Assembly (NCBI GenBank): GCA_051013385.1
Contig: CP143273.1
Location: 1,952,001 to 2,016,000, forward strand
DNA from: Phormidium sp.
GTDB taxonomy: Bacteria > Cyanobacteriota > Cyanobacteriia > Cyanobacteriales > Aerosakkonemataceae
Length of the DNA: 64,000 nucleotides
Direction: 5' to 3'
In this document: piece after piece, positions 63,723 through 64,000 of the stretch
Position numbering within the stretch: the first letter of the stretch is position 1
How the letters are laid out: the number at the start of each line of letters is the position of its first letter
Made by a program: the position numbers and the translations under genes
Notes under the pieces: model-generated
What the model saw: only the letters and a program-made list of their open reading frames with translations
What the model was told of the DNA's origin: nothing
The model's database searches: none

Positions 63723-64000
63723 TTATTTTTCCCGTTTGGCGGCAGAAAATAACCCCATGATTACGGCACTTAAATATCCTATTTGACCGTAGCTATAGAC
63801 TAAATTTTCAAACCTTCGGTCGGGATGGCGAAAATATTTCATACTTTTATAAACACCATACATTAAACGTTCGCCGCCTCGCCCTATTTGTTTGACTCCG
63901 GCTTTCCCGATTAGTTGTTCGCGGTAATATTCGCTGATGCCTTGCCACCAACCCCGACTTAAAAACCATTGGGGGTTAACTCGTTCTGGGGAAACGTTAT
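63723..64000 (-). CDS. C-terminal part of a probable GT2 glycosyltransferase (runs off the right edge)
   Basis: Manual translation: NVSPERVNPQWFLSRGWWQGISEYYRE...YSYGQIGYL...AAKREK*. Confidence 0.7.
   Translation of the reverse strand, partial: NVSPERVNPQWFLSRGWWQGISEYYREQLIGKAGVKQIGRGGERLMYGVYKSMKYFRHPDRRFENLVYSYGQIGYLSAVIMGLFSAAKREK

Overview
AT-rich cyanobacterial chromosomal DNA with abundant HIP1 octamers (GCGATCGC), heptamer repeats and AAACCCGGTTTCT-type repeats, most likely from a filamentous, Oscillatoriales-like genome. (1) 1-12.8 kb: a rearranged, partly duplicated cluster for a small metabolite. It holds B12/radical-SAM-like genes (one running off the window, one truncated), a DegT-type PLP enzyme fused to a methyltransferase, an AraC regulator, two MscS channels plus a decayed third copy, a tnpB-only IS200/IS605 element, and an egtD + OvoA-type sulfoxide synthase pair. 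A decayed copy of the AraC locus lies upstream of egtD. (2) 13-20 kb: a stand-alone DxE-type deaminase toxin with a probable partner gene, a GTPase and a response-regulator trio with no kinase. (3) 20.4-25.2 kb: an accessory/defence islet beside tRNA-Ser(UGA), with an HNH pair, a PIN toxin-antitoxin pair, type I R-M-like relics, and a ~940-aa protein that appears to fuse a PD-(D/E)xK-like nuclease to a degenerate beta-clamp (DnaN)-like region. This protein is the best candidate for a novel system. (4) 25-64 kb: mostly core and signalling genes (nadA, tldD/E, ligA, truB, hybrid kinases including one with an RcaE-type green/red GAF motif set, adenylate cyclase, glycosyltransferases), a six-unit hairpin tandem array and an hflX fragment. 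All assignments come from motif recognition by eye; no searches were run.
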